DNA of 58,498 nucleotides, counting the filler, from Sphacelaria rigidula (Eukaryota), in the NCBI GenBank assembly GCA_964200075.2. It is 6 parts of 6 records of this genome, joined end to end, with 100 filler letters (N's around TTAATTAATTAA, not from the genome) between each part and the next. Parts side by side here need not be neighbours in the genome. Positions count along the whole stretch, not along the records: positions 9,769 to 19,435 come from CAXNAA020007998.1; positions 19,536 to 29,201 come from CAXNAA020007999.1; 4 more parts are not named here. One strand, given 5' to 3'. The notes under the pieces were generated by a model that made no database searches, was not told the DNA's origin, and worked only from the letters and a program-made list of their open reading frames with translations. A program made the translations under genes and the position numbers. Positions 11,005 to 23,210 of this stretch are shown here, one piece after another; position 1 is the stretch's first letter, and each line of letters starts with the position of its first letter.

Positions 11005-13523
11005 GACAAGTCTCAGCCAAGCTTCGAGCGGGAATCATCGAATTCGGAGTGCTCCTCACAGTGATCGATTGTGGTGAATCTGTCATGACGTCGGGATCAT
11101 CGTACTGTCGTCGGACAGGTTCCTCCTGCCGGGAGATGTCGTGATGGGGATCGCAGTGGAAAGCACGCAGTCACTGGAGTTCGCCCTCGAGCTTGATCGT
11201 CCCCCGGAGCTCTTCCTCCACAACCGCGGTCTCGCGACCGAGGTTGAGGACCGTATGGAGAGGGTCTTCCAGGAGGCTCTTCAGTCGGGGATGTCAAACG
11301 TGAGCGCCCGAAAAACTGAATATTTGCTCGAGGTATCGCGATCCTTAGCCCGCGTCTTCGGCCGACGTGCAGGTACTGGATCGGATTTGATCACTCGCGA
11401 CTTATATCAGATGTGCCAGGTGTAGCTTACACCAATGACTCCGACCTCGCGTGTGCCCATGTGCCACCTTTGCCGGCAGTATGATATCAGTCGGCGAGGT
11501 GTACGTGGGGCCGACACCACTCCCATCCGCGCTGCCCACGGACACGGGAGGATTGCTCATTCGGGGTCCAGGCGACACGACAGAAAAGATCATGACGGGT
11601 GCTTCACAGACTTTCGGCTACAAGCTGGAGGTGAGAACAGCGCTGCATGGGGGGCGATGAAGACTCTGTGACCCCGTAGTCCTCTCTTCTCTCGCCCTTT
11701 ACCGCCGCTTGCGTCCTGATATGTACGCGACTGTCTCACGATTTGAAGGGATGTCGGGGGTGCTCGAGAAAACAAAAAAGAGCACACCTATGAACCCTTC
11801 CCCCCCTACCCAAGCGGGACTGCGCGGGACGTGCTAGGGGGAAAACTCCGGGACGTGAACAAAGGTCGTATGCAATCGTTTGATGCATTAAGCAGTAGGG
11901 AGAAGACGATATCTATACTAGGATATAGTGGCCAGAGACGGCGAAACAGAACGGGGATAAGATATGTAAAAGGATTTTGTGTAATGTATGGAAAAAACGT
12001 AGTGAGCTGCTGAAGGAACGTAATGAGCGCCGGAATGTTGGAGGTGTCTTTGTTAGGAGTAGGAACGGTGCTCCGTCTCGAAAAATATGCGTGGTCAATG
12101 GTCAAACGACTAAGGCAAGCAACAAACGAGTACGCCCCCCCCTCCTACCCCCCTGAGAGGTCCAAATAAAAAGTGGGACATGGGTGCGCGTTTTTGTTTT
12201 TTCGTGCACCGTTGGAGATGTAGTTTTGTTTTACTGCGTGGCATCGACTTTTTTCCCCTCCCGCTTTACCGCACTTCGTGAAAAAACAGTTGTTTTCGGG
12301 TCCGTTGATGGGCGCGTCCACATCGCGATGCCCGAGGGACATGTGGTTTCGGGAACAACTACACATCGTGGTTTTGAGACACCTGTCTGAGCGCTGATTC
12401 TCACCACCGCCCCTCCTCCGTATCCCGAATGGACTTCCTCATGTTCGTTGCCGCCGGCCGTCTCTACCTTGTCCACCGTTGATTTCGGTCTCAGCGTTCG
12501 ACGTTCAATCAGATGAACGAGCTGTTCCTCATCACGAAGCCCGGCCAGCAGAAGATCGTATACCCTGAAATTCCCTTGTGGGGAAAGCACAGGGTATACA
12601 ACACGCCTAGAGAGGCTGTGGATTCGATACCTCAAGAAATTCTGCATCAGCAATGTATTCGCGTGGACTTGGTCGCATCGAAGAGACTACTCAGGCGCCT
12701 CGTAGAACCCGGCAGGGAAGCCTGCCAGCCGGAAGCGGCCCTGTAGTTGGAGGTCTCAGACACGTGCCCATTTTACCATTTGGAATGGGATACGGGCGGG
12801 GAGGGTGTTGTGATGGGGATCAGGTCGAAAATACTGTACAACGGCCCCGGAGACTCGCACATTACCGCTGCGATAGGCGGCGCAGATGGTACGCAGCATG
12901 TTGTAATAGCCAGTGTGCAAGAGAGTCGAGAGAGGAAAGGGAGGCTCACCGCGAAGCAGCCTATCGCGGTCACTCTCGGGGATCTGGTCGTAGGTGGATC
13001 GGGATTCGAGCAAAGGTGGCTGAGGGCCAGACGCGACACGGGTCGAGAGGGGTTGGAGGACGAGGTAGCCCCCGATGATGACCATGATGACTGTGATACT
13101 GGAAGTGATGGCGATGGTGATGATGGTGGTGATGGCAATAGCAACTAGTGATGACGCTGGAGTCTCGAGTTGTAGTGGCGCAGTTGGAGAGTGAAAGCAA
13201 TAGGTTCACATACAGGTCGGGATGCGGGCGCGAACGTACGGTTCAGGGCGGGGTCGAGATGCTGTCATGTAGCATGATGCGGTGTTGCGATGGTGTGTAT
13301 GGCGGGACCGTACGAAGCGATCTTGGGGGTGGATGCCAACGATTTCTCTTTCGACAGAGACATCGCCGCCTCATATATGCTCGAACCGGATTGGAAAGCT
13401 CGACGGGTATATGCAGCACGGTTGAGTCGTGCAATAAACTATTCACGGTGTGCATCGGCCGTCGATTCTTCAGGACAGTGGACGCCCAAGCATCCACTCG
13501 GCACATCACTGAGTTGGCAGTGA
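11005..13523 (+). pseudogene. Decayed protein-coding region of unknown family, interrupted by a LINE 3' end
   Basis: Protein-like segments lie at 11005-11330 and 11451-11660. One frame runs ~12440-13148 broken only by isolated stops (ORFs 12513, 12747 and 13290 share a frame). No family recognised. Confidence 0.5.
11812..12150 (+). mobile_element. 5'-truncated LINE 3' end (copy A)
   Basis: Matches the terminal ~330 bp of the LINE at 37141-38300 and ends ...gactaaggcaagcaacaaacgagtacg followed by a C tract. Confidence 0.88.
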
Positions 13524-14576
13524 TATCCCCCCACCACGTGACTGACAGCACATTACTGACCTTACTGACAGCAACTTGACGCCCGAGATTTTTGTCTGGA
13601 CACGAGCCTCGAGACGAACAACAGTGGAAACATCCGTCGACAATCAAACAAACGTCGGCATGCTCCATCGCCCGCAGCTAACCGGGGATGGGCGGCATGT
13701 GAAACCACGGACGCACTTCCCACTCCTCCTCAAAATTGCGCATCAGCAGTGTCGTGCGGTACTCCTGAGGGCTTTTCGTCATTCAACGGCTAGTGTCTTC
13801 AAACCTCATTTCATTGATGAACCTCATTTTATAGAATCCCCTGTTATGTACTAGCTGCACAATAGCTATGCGATGAGCGTGCGCAATATGTACAAGAAAC
13901 ACAATACTTTTGCATGGTTTGCGTTCAACATACTTATGGTAACAACATGCTGCGCATCGCTTCGACTCAAATACATACACGGCCGGCATGCACAATACAT
14001 ATTGAACGTTATATTCTCGGAGCAAATACATGTCCGATATATATTGTCATACCTTACTTCATTATCATGACACGAGCAATATATGTTGTTGCTTCAAAGT
14101 CTCCAAGGACATCTCAACACAAAATATATTGAAAGAACAATATTTGCGCTGGCTCCAATACAAAGTGTTGTTATCATACTGGAGCATATTGTATTGTCCA
14201 GGGTATAAGCAACACAGCCCCGGTGACCATAGGGGTACCAAAAGGCGCATATCGACCCGCGTTCGCTGCCATCGTGATGTTTAGCCAAGATATATTAATT
14301 ACATGCTGTGAAGGGGATGGGCGGCCCCGCACCGGTGGCCAGATGGGTATCAGGAGGCATATGTACCGGGTCGCCTCTTATTATGTCACCATGTTTTCTG
14401 ACCAGTATATATATGTATATATACATATATGTGTGTGTCAAACGCATTCGAATGAACTCTCCGTAGTAATGCACGCGAACTTCTGTGACTCCTTTTGAAG
14501 CTTCTCCGAATCTGCACGGGCTCCTGCATCCATCGCGTCTGGATCTTTCGTGAAGCACACGCCAAAATCATAATAT

Positions 14577-14860
14577 CCAATATATTGACCGGCCAATACA
14601 TTGGCACCCACGTAGACCCAATGTACATTGACCGGTCAATATGTTCTCACAAATGCGACCCTAATATATTGGGGTCGTGCAATACGCTGTCGCCCACGCT
14701 GCCCCAATATATATTGATGGGACAATATGCGGTCAACCCCACAGTACCAATATATATTGGGCGAGCAATATGCATGCAGTCCAACGACATCAATATATAT
14801 TGGGCGCGCAATACGTGTGCAGTCAAAGGGTACCGATACATATATATATATATATATTAC
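14577..14860. repeat. 43-bp period array with palindromic core ccaatatatattgg
   Basis: Cores start at 14577, 14618, 14661, 14704, 14747, 14790 and 14833. Confidence 0.85.
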
Positions 14861-15336
14861 GCTAGCGATATATTGCCAAATTCCAATATGGTCGAAGAAT
14901 ATATATTGAAAACATATTGTATTGTCCAGGGTGTGCAATATTCTGACAATACACTGACTTTCTGTGTACGAGCTGTACAGTACATGAGCAATTCAATTTT
15001 CTACGATGAATATTCCCCTTCTTCGGGTATTACTACGATCTTTATTCTACAAATGAACCATTAGTGGTTTTACCGCTAATCTCGGATTCCAACACACCCT
15101 TCGAAATCACATTTCGAGTGTATAGAAGAAGAAAAAATCACACTCACTCTTATCCAACGTGTATACTGCACCCCACTTGTACTTTACTGTACTTTACTGT
15201 ACTCTACTAGGATATTTCTCCGTGATACAGAGAAAAAATCGGATACTCGTATCTATTACGCTCACTTAGTCCTACTCCGTCGATGTTGTCGAAGCTGCTC
15301 TCCTCAGTTCTTGCTCCTCACTCGATCGTTGCTACA

Positions 15337-17290
15337 CAGGTGGCCGCTGGGGGCAGGCTCCAGGACCTTGCAGGCACCTTGCGCAGACCTTTGGTAAGGT
15401 GTCAAGTTGCGCAAGGTCCTGTAAGGTACCTTGCACAAGGTCCTGTAAGGTGGTCCTGAACGGTACCCTGCACAAGGTCCTGTTCTGGACCTTCCACAAG
15501 GTCCCGTGTGCAACCTTGCACAGGGTCCCGCATTTCGGACAGATGTCAATGTTTCCCACACGTTGGAGTCAACAATAGAGAGTTTCGGAAAAGGGGTTTT
15601 CAAATCTTAGAGTCAGAGTGGGAGGAAAAATAGCCGGTGACGGTGCACTTTCCGTTGTGAAGTTTTTTTAGAGCGATTTTTTCAGAGTCAGAATGCCGTT
15701 TGTACCACTTCACCCTCAAAGCCGCTGTTCCTCTTCAGAGTTCATGGCGGAATGAAAAAGAACCACGCCCACCTTCACCACCATGGTCACGTCCAGTCCA
15801 AAGTCAATAGATCCTAACAAGCAAAGTGGGACATTCATTATCCACCAAAACTGACATACTCATCACGATGGGCCATTTACGAAGTAAAAAAACTTGGCAT
15901 CGCAATCAGAAGACCTTTCTGACGGCGCCATGGTATCAGCATTCGCTTGGTTGTGTTGCGTAAAATTCAAATGCTCGACAGTTACACGTTGCGTTCGGAG
16001 CAGTTCCTCACTCTTGCCAGCTTCAGCTGAAAGAAGACTGTGGGACCCTTGCCGTGAGAGATCATAACGTCTTGCACCATCGTTATGGGTGGCATGTGGG
16101 AAAACTATCGCAATGCGGCCGAGGTCTGCTGTTTTGATACGTGCGTACCGTACTGTCGGTGCTGCTGCTTGTGCAGCTGACTCTCTGTATGGTATCGCTG
16201 TACAGTATCAGTCTACGTAATAGTTCACAGCATCGCAATGGACAGTGGAAGGGTTCTGTATTGCACTCCCTGTACTGCACTGTACTCCACGCTGCACAGA
16301 ACTATATCACTACAGCACTACAGCACTACAGTAACCTGTAATGCGCCGTAGTTGATTGAAGTACTGCAGGTGCAGTGAAAACGCGTAGTGAATGGTGCGT
16401 ACGGTGCCCAGTGTACGGTACAGTCAGTGTTGTGCCGGCCTATGCACTTTCGAAGTGGACGCTAGTTGATCGTACATTTGGCGGGGCAAACTGGGGCCAA
16501 TCACTGCGACAAAAAAACCACGTCAAGCCACGTCACATCAGCTTCCGCTATGAACTTTTTAACGTCCAATATGAAGTTTCGAAGCTTCCCCTTTTTGCAC
16601 CACATAAACCTACCGCCTTGAGGACATAACACGAAGAAATATATACCCAAAACAAATGAACGTGACAGACTTCGGCCCAACAACGATCATATGAGTTAGG
16701 CTGCCAACAAGTCGCAGCCCGTACTAAGACCATCCCGTGGACCCATTCAAACCGTTGAGAACCGTGGTGTATGACGCCTCTGCCATACATATATATTCAT
16801 AAATATGTAGCAACTATCGTGGCCATCAATCATAAGTTGCACACCCCCACCCCATCTTGATCTTCGACAGAACAAAACACACAAGGAGCGTTATAACCCC
16901 CCCCCATCCATCTTGATATCGAAGAGGAAAACGCAACACAACCTCCCCCCGCCGTAAACCCGCGAATACTCAAGGGCTACGGCATTGAGACAGAGTCTGT
17001 GCAATACCACTACATCCCGGGCAGATGACATGCATGAATCAAACCCGCGGGAGGGTACCATGATAAAGTATTTATGCGTCTCAACCACTACTTGGCAACC
17101 ATCATTTTTTAGATACATCTCGAAACGGATGTATAGAAACACCACGCGCCAGCCTCGGTCCGCTCCGTGTGCCCCCTCCGAAAAGGATGTAGCGCCCCTG
17201 GTCACGGGATAAATGTGGGTGGACAAGTGCAAGAGGAGGAAAGGAACGAGAAGAAAGGACGTTTCTCGAGGTCAGGTACATTTTCTAAGA
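15337..17290. repeat. Dispersed non-coding element, family R2 copy 2
   Basis: Same start motif (caggtggccgctgggggcaggctccaggacc), the 24-bp array and distal blocks are shared with 7779-8970. Confidence 0.75.
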
Positions 17291-17937
17291 AATATTTGTC
17301 GACAAATGAAACCCAGCTGAATTACCGTTTCAAGCATGGAAATTTCGATTTCGAACAGGGAAACATGTACTACGATACCCCTGAATACTATTCTACATGT
17401 TTCATTCCGAGCGGTCTTCTCCGACTACCCCCACAGTTGTCACAAAAATCCTATCTGAGGGGGAGGGTGCCAGCGGTTTCCGTCCCTCGATTAGATCCCG
17501 TTTGGCACCGTCAGGAGGGATATTAAAACTACAGCTGATGCGGGTTCAAAATTCAAAGAAACGGCCCGGATTTTGCAAGCGCGTTGCACTACAGTAGGAT
17601 TGTTCGACAACCTCACCGTGAAACCGGTTCTCAACACAGCCACGGCGGAAGTGGCCATACGAGGCGTGCGATGATAGCTGGGTCAGACTGGATGAAGCGC
17701 CTCGTATGGGCGCTACTGGCGAAACAACCCCAATCGTGGGACTATGTAATATGGAAGGGCTTCACACACCTTCCTAGATGAGTGTTTATCAATGTGCTGC
17801 ATGCTTGGTGAAATGCACAAGGTGCAATGATGTGTCCGAGCAGAACAAGCTGCAGATATGTGTTTCACACACACAGGTTCACGTGACTGTTGGTCAACAG
17901 TAGCAAACAAACAAAGGAGCTCGGAGGCTTGGTATCT

Positions 17938-18210
17938 TGTTATTCTAGCCTATTATTCTCTTCCTCGCCTAGCGTACTGGTCTCACCGAAGGTAAACAGT
18001 AGGTGCAGACGGTCCAGCTCAGAGAGTGATCGAGGGTGCAAATAACACAACCTCTCTGACCTAGGCCCGAGAAGGCGTTCCTCCTTCTCGGGGCTAGGGT
18101 GCACAAGTCTGCATGCCAACCTTCCCCAAACCTATGGGAGTATTCCCATGAACAGATCGAATGATCTGTGAGTCAGCCTGTCCCAATACTGTCTGAAGGA
18201 ACAAATAACG
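17938..18210 (-). repeat. Putative 3' LTR of the contig-2 Gypsy remnant
   Basis: Ends tgttatt...aataacg form an imperfect inverted repeat. The adjacent cctctctatc is a polypurine tract on the minus strand, downstream of the pol end. Confidence 0.5.
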
Positions 18211-18847
18211 CCTCTCTATCTTCTTTCCTCATGACACTCACCCACCCAGACGAACCTCTATTTGAGTTGCGGTGAAATTCAAGAGCAACTAAAATTGAGG
18301 CTTGTCTCACCCATCAAGTCATGAGGAGACAACAACGCGAAAAAATAAAAACAAGAGGGCAATGACCAGCCCCTGCCCCATCCTCCCACACCTCGAACGA
18401 GAAAAACCAAAGGTGCCTCAAAAAGCGCTATCACGCAATTGCGATTGACTGCGCAGTAGCACACAATGCTGCCGCGAGCTAGCGAACAGACGGGAAAAGC
18501 ACACAATGCTTTAACGCGCTAGCTAGATAAAAAGCAAACGAAAACTTCGCATAGGACATAGTGGAAATCTCAGCAGGGAAACAGAAACTCAAAGACCCGA
18601 ATAGGGTCGAGTGCCAGCCGGACAAAGTGATGGCAGCGTAGAGGCCAATGGAGGGGGCGAAGGGGATCCAAAGGAAGGCGTCGAAGGGTTCCATGAGGGC
18701 AGAGATGAGCCGTGATAGGAGAGCCATAGTAGGTGAAGCAGTGAAGAGGAGAGCGTACCTGAGTGGGGACAAGGGAAGTACCAGAACCAAACTGCGAGGG
18801 GAGAGAAAAATCGCGATAAAGGGAGTGCAAAGAGATAGGACTCAATA

Positions 18848-19360
18848 TTATGGTGTATTGATGTCGTGTGTACGATCGATATTACGCTGAAGGCCTCGGC
18901 GTAGGCCGTGTGACTTGAAGCGTTGTAGGCACCAGGAACTGCGGGGTGCGGAGGGGCTAGTCGTGTATAAATCGGGGCGAAGCTTGAGCTGAACGGGCCC
19001 AGGGTCGTCGAGGAAACGCACGATGTACGTGCCGGCCGCGAGGGCATCGACGGAGTGGATTTGACCTAGCCACCAGACGTAATCGCTGCCTTTACACCAC
19101 AAATAGGCACCAGCAGGCAGCGGTTGTTGTTTTGCGCGAATCTTTTCGTCCCATTGTGTGGTGGGTACAAGTTTGTAAGCATCGGCTACAAACCGTAATC
19201 CTTTGTCGCGGTGGAGTTCGCGGGCTGCAGCACCGCGTCTCATCTTGCAATATCCCTTGTTATCAGTGAGCTGTTGCTGTGGGGATTGCGTCCAATAAAG
19301 AAGGATAGCACGACGATGCAGTTGAAGGTCGGACACGCGTTCCCAAGACGCACGCGACAC
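18848..19360 (-). pseudogene. C-terminal end of a Gypsy polyprotein: chromodomain-like end plus PWWP/Tudor-like domain
   Basis: ASWERVSDLQ...ILLYW (chromodomain-like end), then GAYLWCKGSDYVWWLGQI...YIVRFLDDPGP. Followed by a PPT and candidate LTR. The 5' part is not on this contig. Confidence 0.65.
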
Positions 19361-19435
19361 TTTCTACGATAGCCCCCCCCCAAAACCAGCTAAAAGTGTC
19401 CCAAAAAATGGCCATACAGCGCCTGCTGTTCGGGT

Positions 19436-19535
19436 NNNNNNNNNNNNNNNNNNNNNNNNNNNNNNNNNNNNNNNNNNNNTTAATTAATTAANNNNNNNNN
19501 NNNNNNNNNNNNNNNNNNNNNNNNNNNNNNNNNNN
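19436..19535. other. Artificial contig spacer
   Basis: Same 100-bp N/TTAATTAATTAA/N pad. Confidence 0.98.
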
Positions 19536-22413
19536 CGTCATCGACACGCGTGTACACCGCATTCGCAAGGTGAACCTAGCCACAGCTGTTTAACTGCTGC
19601 GGACATTTGGGGGGGGGAATGGCTTCGCTCGGTCGTAAGTGTTTCGCGTGATCCCTGCAAAAAAGAAATGTCACTTGAACCTCATATTTGAGATGGCCCC
19701 CATTTTCTAGGTTCCACTGTCTTTTGTCTAACGCATGACATGATGAAACAAGAAATGCTCATTTTTCACCCCACGTGATTGGTGGTCAAGATATATATTG
19801 ATGGCACTGGAATCATGCGCGGTGGTAGACATGCTGGCGCGGCATGCTGAAACAAGAGTGTAGAGCGCAAGCTGGTCCTGGTAAACTGTGCGCAAGCATG
19901 TTCACACAACATGGATAAGCAAGAGTGTAACTGGAAGCACAGATGCGTAAAGATACAGATGATTGTTTAGATGCGACTCTTTGTGGAAAAATATTTTCGC
20001 CTGTTTGATTATCACGGTCGCTGGAGTGAGATATCACTAAATTGATGTGATTTGGTGAGTCATAGGATTCCGGATATTTCCCCAATTTTCACTGTGTCGC
20101 GTCGAGCCTCACTTCCCGGTGAGGCTCGATATCTGAAATTGTTTCTCCTGCGATATGTGGTAAGCTAATGTTGGGTGGACGCGAACCGGCAACGAGCACA
20201 AACCTCCGCTGCATGGATCTCTCGATGGACATCGGTGAAGAGAGGAAACAACGCTCCACGATGCAGACGCCCCCCCCGTTGCCGTAGCCCGAAACGAGGG
20301 GGGCAAGAGAGAGACGCAGACTGTTTGAAAGCGAAAAATGAGGGGGGGGAGGCAGGATGTGATGTCATGTTGTGCTTTTGATTGAGCGTGTCGAAAGCAG
20401 TTGGGCAAAATTTCGCTCTGCCGGTTCGATAGGTGAAATTTTGGTACATGATTGATTATACGCTTGATTAAAAGTATGTGTCGAGAACTTTGTTCCGCCG
20501 GATCGCGACGTAAGAGTTGCATAGTCTTTTGACTGAAATTATTTCTTTTCTGTTTTCTCTTTCGAAGATTGATATCTCAAAGATTTGAGAAATAGGGCAT
20601 GTGCACTTGATGATGCGCATGCTGTTCTGCAAGATGGTCGTAAAATAAGCTTCCCCTGAGGGGCTTGATTTTGTAATATGTTGCAGAGTTAGATGCTTGT
20701 CTGAACCGATACTCGGTGTGCACTGTATTGCCTGCATCATGGGAAGGCGCAAAGCGTGATAGTCTGTGTTTGCAAATATCCAAGTACGAATGTTTTTATT
20801 ATTCTGGTTTCGCGAGAGCTTGATTTTTCATCTTGGTACGGTGATCGGGATCTTTGAGCGCAAGAATTTGAATGGGGTATACAAAGGATTTGGAGTGAGT
20901 TTTCAAAAGAAGGGACGTACCTATGATTCTGGTAGATATCGTCTCTGGGGGCAGGTACGATCTTTTTCCGAAAGTACCTGTTAAGTGACTTGTGTATTTT
21001 GGAGAGATGACCCTGCTCACAGGATGAATTGTTACTGTCTTGAATGGTTTGCCGTAAGCCTACTACTGAAATGACAGTGCAAGGGGGGTATTCGAGTGAA
21101 CAGCCTTTTCAGTGTAGTCCGCAGTAGTACTGATTAGCCATAGTACAGAGGTTCCTGTCTTCACGGATTTTCACAGTTACATGCGGTGGGATTTGATACC
21201 ATAGTAAGCGTATATACCCTGTACTCGCGTACGCTATGTCTGGTTGGGGGGTTCCGCTTACCGCGGTGTTAGGTAGCCACACCACTTCACTTTTTTCTCT
21301 TCCTTCTTTTCATTCCTTGACTTGCTTAGTCAAGCCATTTACTGCTACTCTTCAACAACATGATCGGCTCGGCCGTGTCCTTTGATCGGCTTCATCAGTC
21401 GTGTCCAGCTGTCCCTGTGTACGGATCACGTACCAAGGAACACCCTAGAGTGTCCATTTGATTTGCCAACGGCTTGCGGTCCAAACATTCGACCAAGATG
21501 GCAGGACCAAGGGATGCGGTCATACCCCCAACAGCGACCGGGGACGACGCGGACTTTAGAGGCAGTATGTGTAAAGGAAAGGCAGCGATGTCCCGATTAG
21601 TGCACGGGGCACTGCCCGGGGGCGGGGAGAAGAAGCCAGGTGGTGAGGCGCACCTCACCACGCGCTTGGGGTTTGGCACGTCCCGGCGCCGAACGGTCGA
21701 AAGACCAGCTCAGGCCAGCTCTGGGGAGCGGGCTTTGTTCCTGAGCTATCCACTGCACCTGTGGGAGACGTGTTCTGCGAAAACAACGTCACCACTCAGC
21801 TGCAACACTGTACAGGGGGCAGGCGCCGTCTATCTTGTGCGCGGAGAAGGGGTAAAGAAGATTCATCGCGGGATACACGCCCCAAACGTGAATACTACAG
21901 CGGATGGAGTGATGCCACGGGGAGGTTTTGATGTTGTCAAGGTGTTTCTCGTTCCCGGGACTACGGTAGAGTATCCGCGCTGTGATGGTTTTTTATTTTG
22001 TGAGAGGAGCCAAACTGTTACATGACAATCATGGGGACGAAACGTACAGTGGTGGCGGTAAGCGTGTCTGCAGGCGGCTGCTGATCAGTGTGTTCTAGAC
22101 GGATATGGGGATGTAATTTGTGGCGCTGTAGTATGCTTCTCATGTGTCAACAGTAGGGTGAGATGCCAGAGGATTTGAGCTGAAGCGACTGTTTGACTGG
22201 AAAACTGCTGGGTACGTTTTCCCCATCTCGGCGGGACAAAGTTTCTCGAGAGGATAGTTGGTGCATTCAGTCCTGCGGTTGTTTGTGAGAAAGTATCTGG
22301 GCAACACGTAAAATTAGCCGGAGTGTTGTACGGCGATGTATGATGGGAAAAAAAAGAATGCGCGCCAGAACCTCACGTGTGTTGTGAAACATGAAATACT
22401 GTTAGGCTGGGTA

Positions 22414-22659
22414 CAGTAGGTGGATGGCCTTATTGACCGGCGTTGAGACCTTTTTAGAGGGACATATCGATCTCAATGTTAGTGAATTGCACCCTTGATC
22501 ATCCCTGAAAGTGTAGGTTACCGTTTTCCTAACTTGGCAGGTTGACAATAAAGTATGCTTGTTGTCATATCGGGTGGATGACTCGATTGCAGGATGATGT
22601 CAGTAGGTGGATGACCTTATTGACCGGCGCTGAGATCTTTTCGCAGGGATATACCGATC
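22414..22659. repeat. 187-bp tandem repeat, left part (insertion target of the Gypsy element)
   Basis: Units start at 22414 and 22601 (cagtaggtggatg.ccttattgaccggcg). Unit 2 resumes at 28301. Confidence 0.88.
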
Positions 22660-22913
22660 TGTGACGAAATCACGCCGTCACGTTGAGTACATAGTGATAT
22701 TATGGATGATGGCTTGGGATCTGTAGCGATGATATGGATGATGACATGGACACAGGGGTGATGCCCTGATGTGATTTATGTAGCCGCCTGGGTGACACTC
22801 CAGGAAAGTACAAGGTGTTGTGAAGGCTAACGACTGAAACCTGAGGCCAGTGAAACTGGGGAGTCCCTCAATAGCATTAGACGCTGCAGTACTAGCAACC
22901 TGCTGGCGTCAAA
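22660..22913 (+). repeat. 5' LTR
   Basis: TGTGACG...CGTCAAA. About 20 differences from the 3' LTR by manual count. Confidence 0.95.
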
Positions 22914-23210
22914 ATATCGATATTAGTGCTGGTCGTGCTAGTTGTGCTATCGTCAGTGACTGCTGGCAAGTTTTCACTAGAGAGGAGTCTGGACAGCTTC
23001 GGACATATTGCTCCACGGACGCGTGAGGAGGTTTCAACCTGAGGTAGCTGCAAAGACGGCTGGCCCGTGATTGATCCAGACTGGAGACTTGCTGGAGCTG
23101 CGTGCAGCGGGAGTTTGTAGGACCTCACGGCTGTGTGGTGCGGCGACGAAGGCAGGTGTTAACTGTAGAGTTGGAGAAGTTTAGAAGCCTTCGATTAGGA
23201 CCGCTCGGAA

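Noticed and set aside
14577..14860. CRISPR array
   Set aside because: The repeats are degenerate, the spacers are only ~16 bp and partly similar to each other, there are no cas genes, and the context is eukaryotic repeat DNA. Kept only as a periodic array.
14495..15064. 189-aa Tyr/Ile-rich ORF
   Set aside because: It is a translation of the AT-rich 43-bp array and the (TA)n tract.
21474..22025. 183-aa ORF
   Set aside because: No recognisable motif or splice support; plausibly a chance GC-rich ORF.
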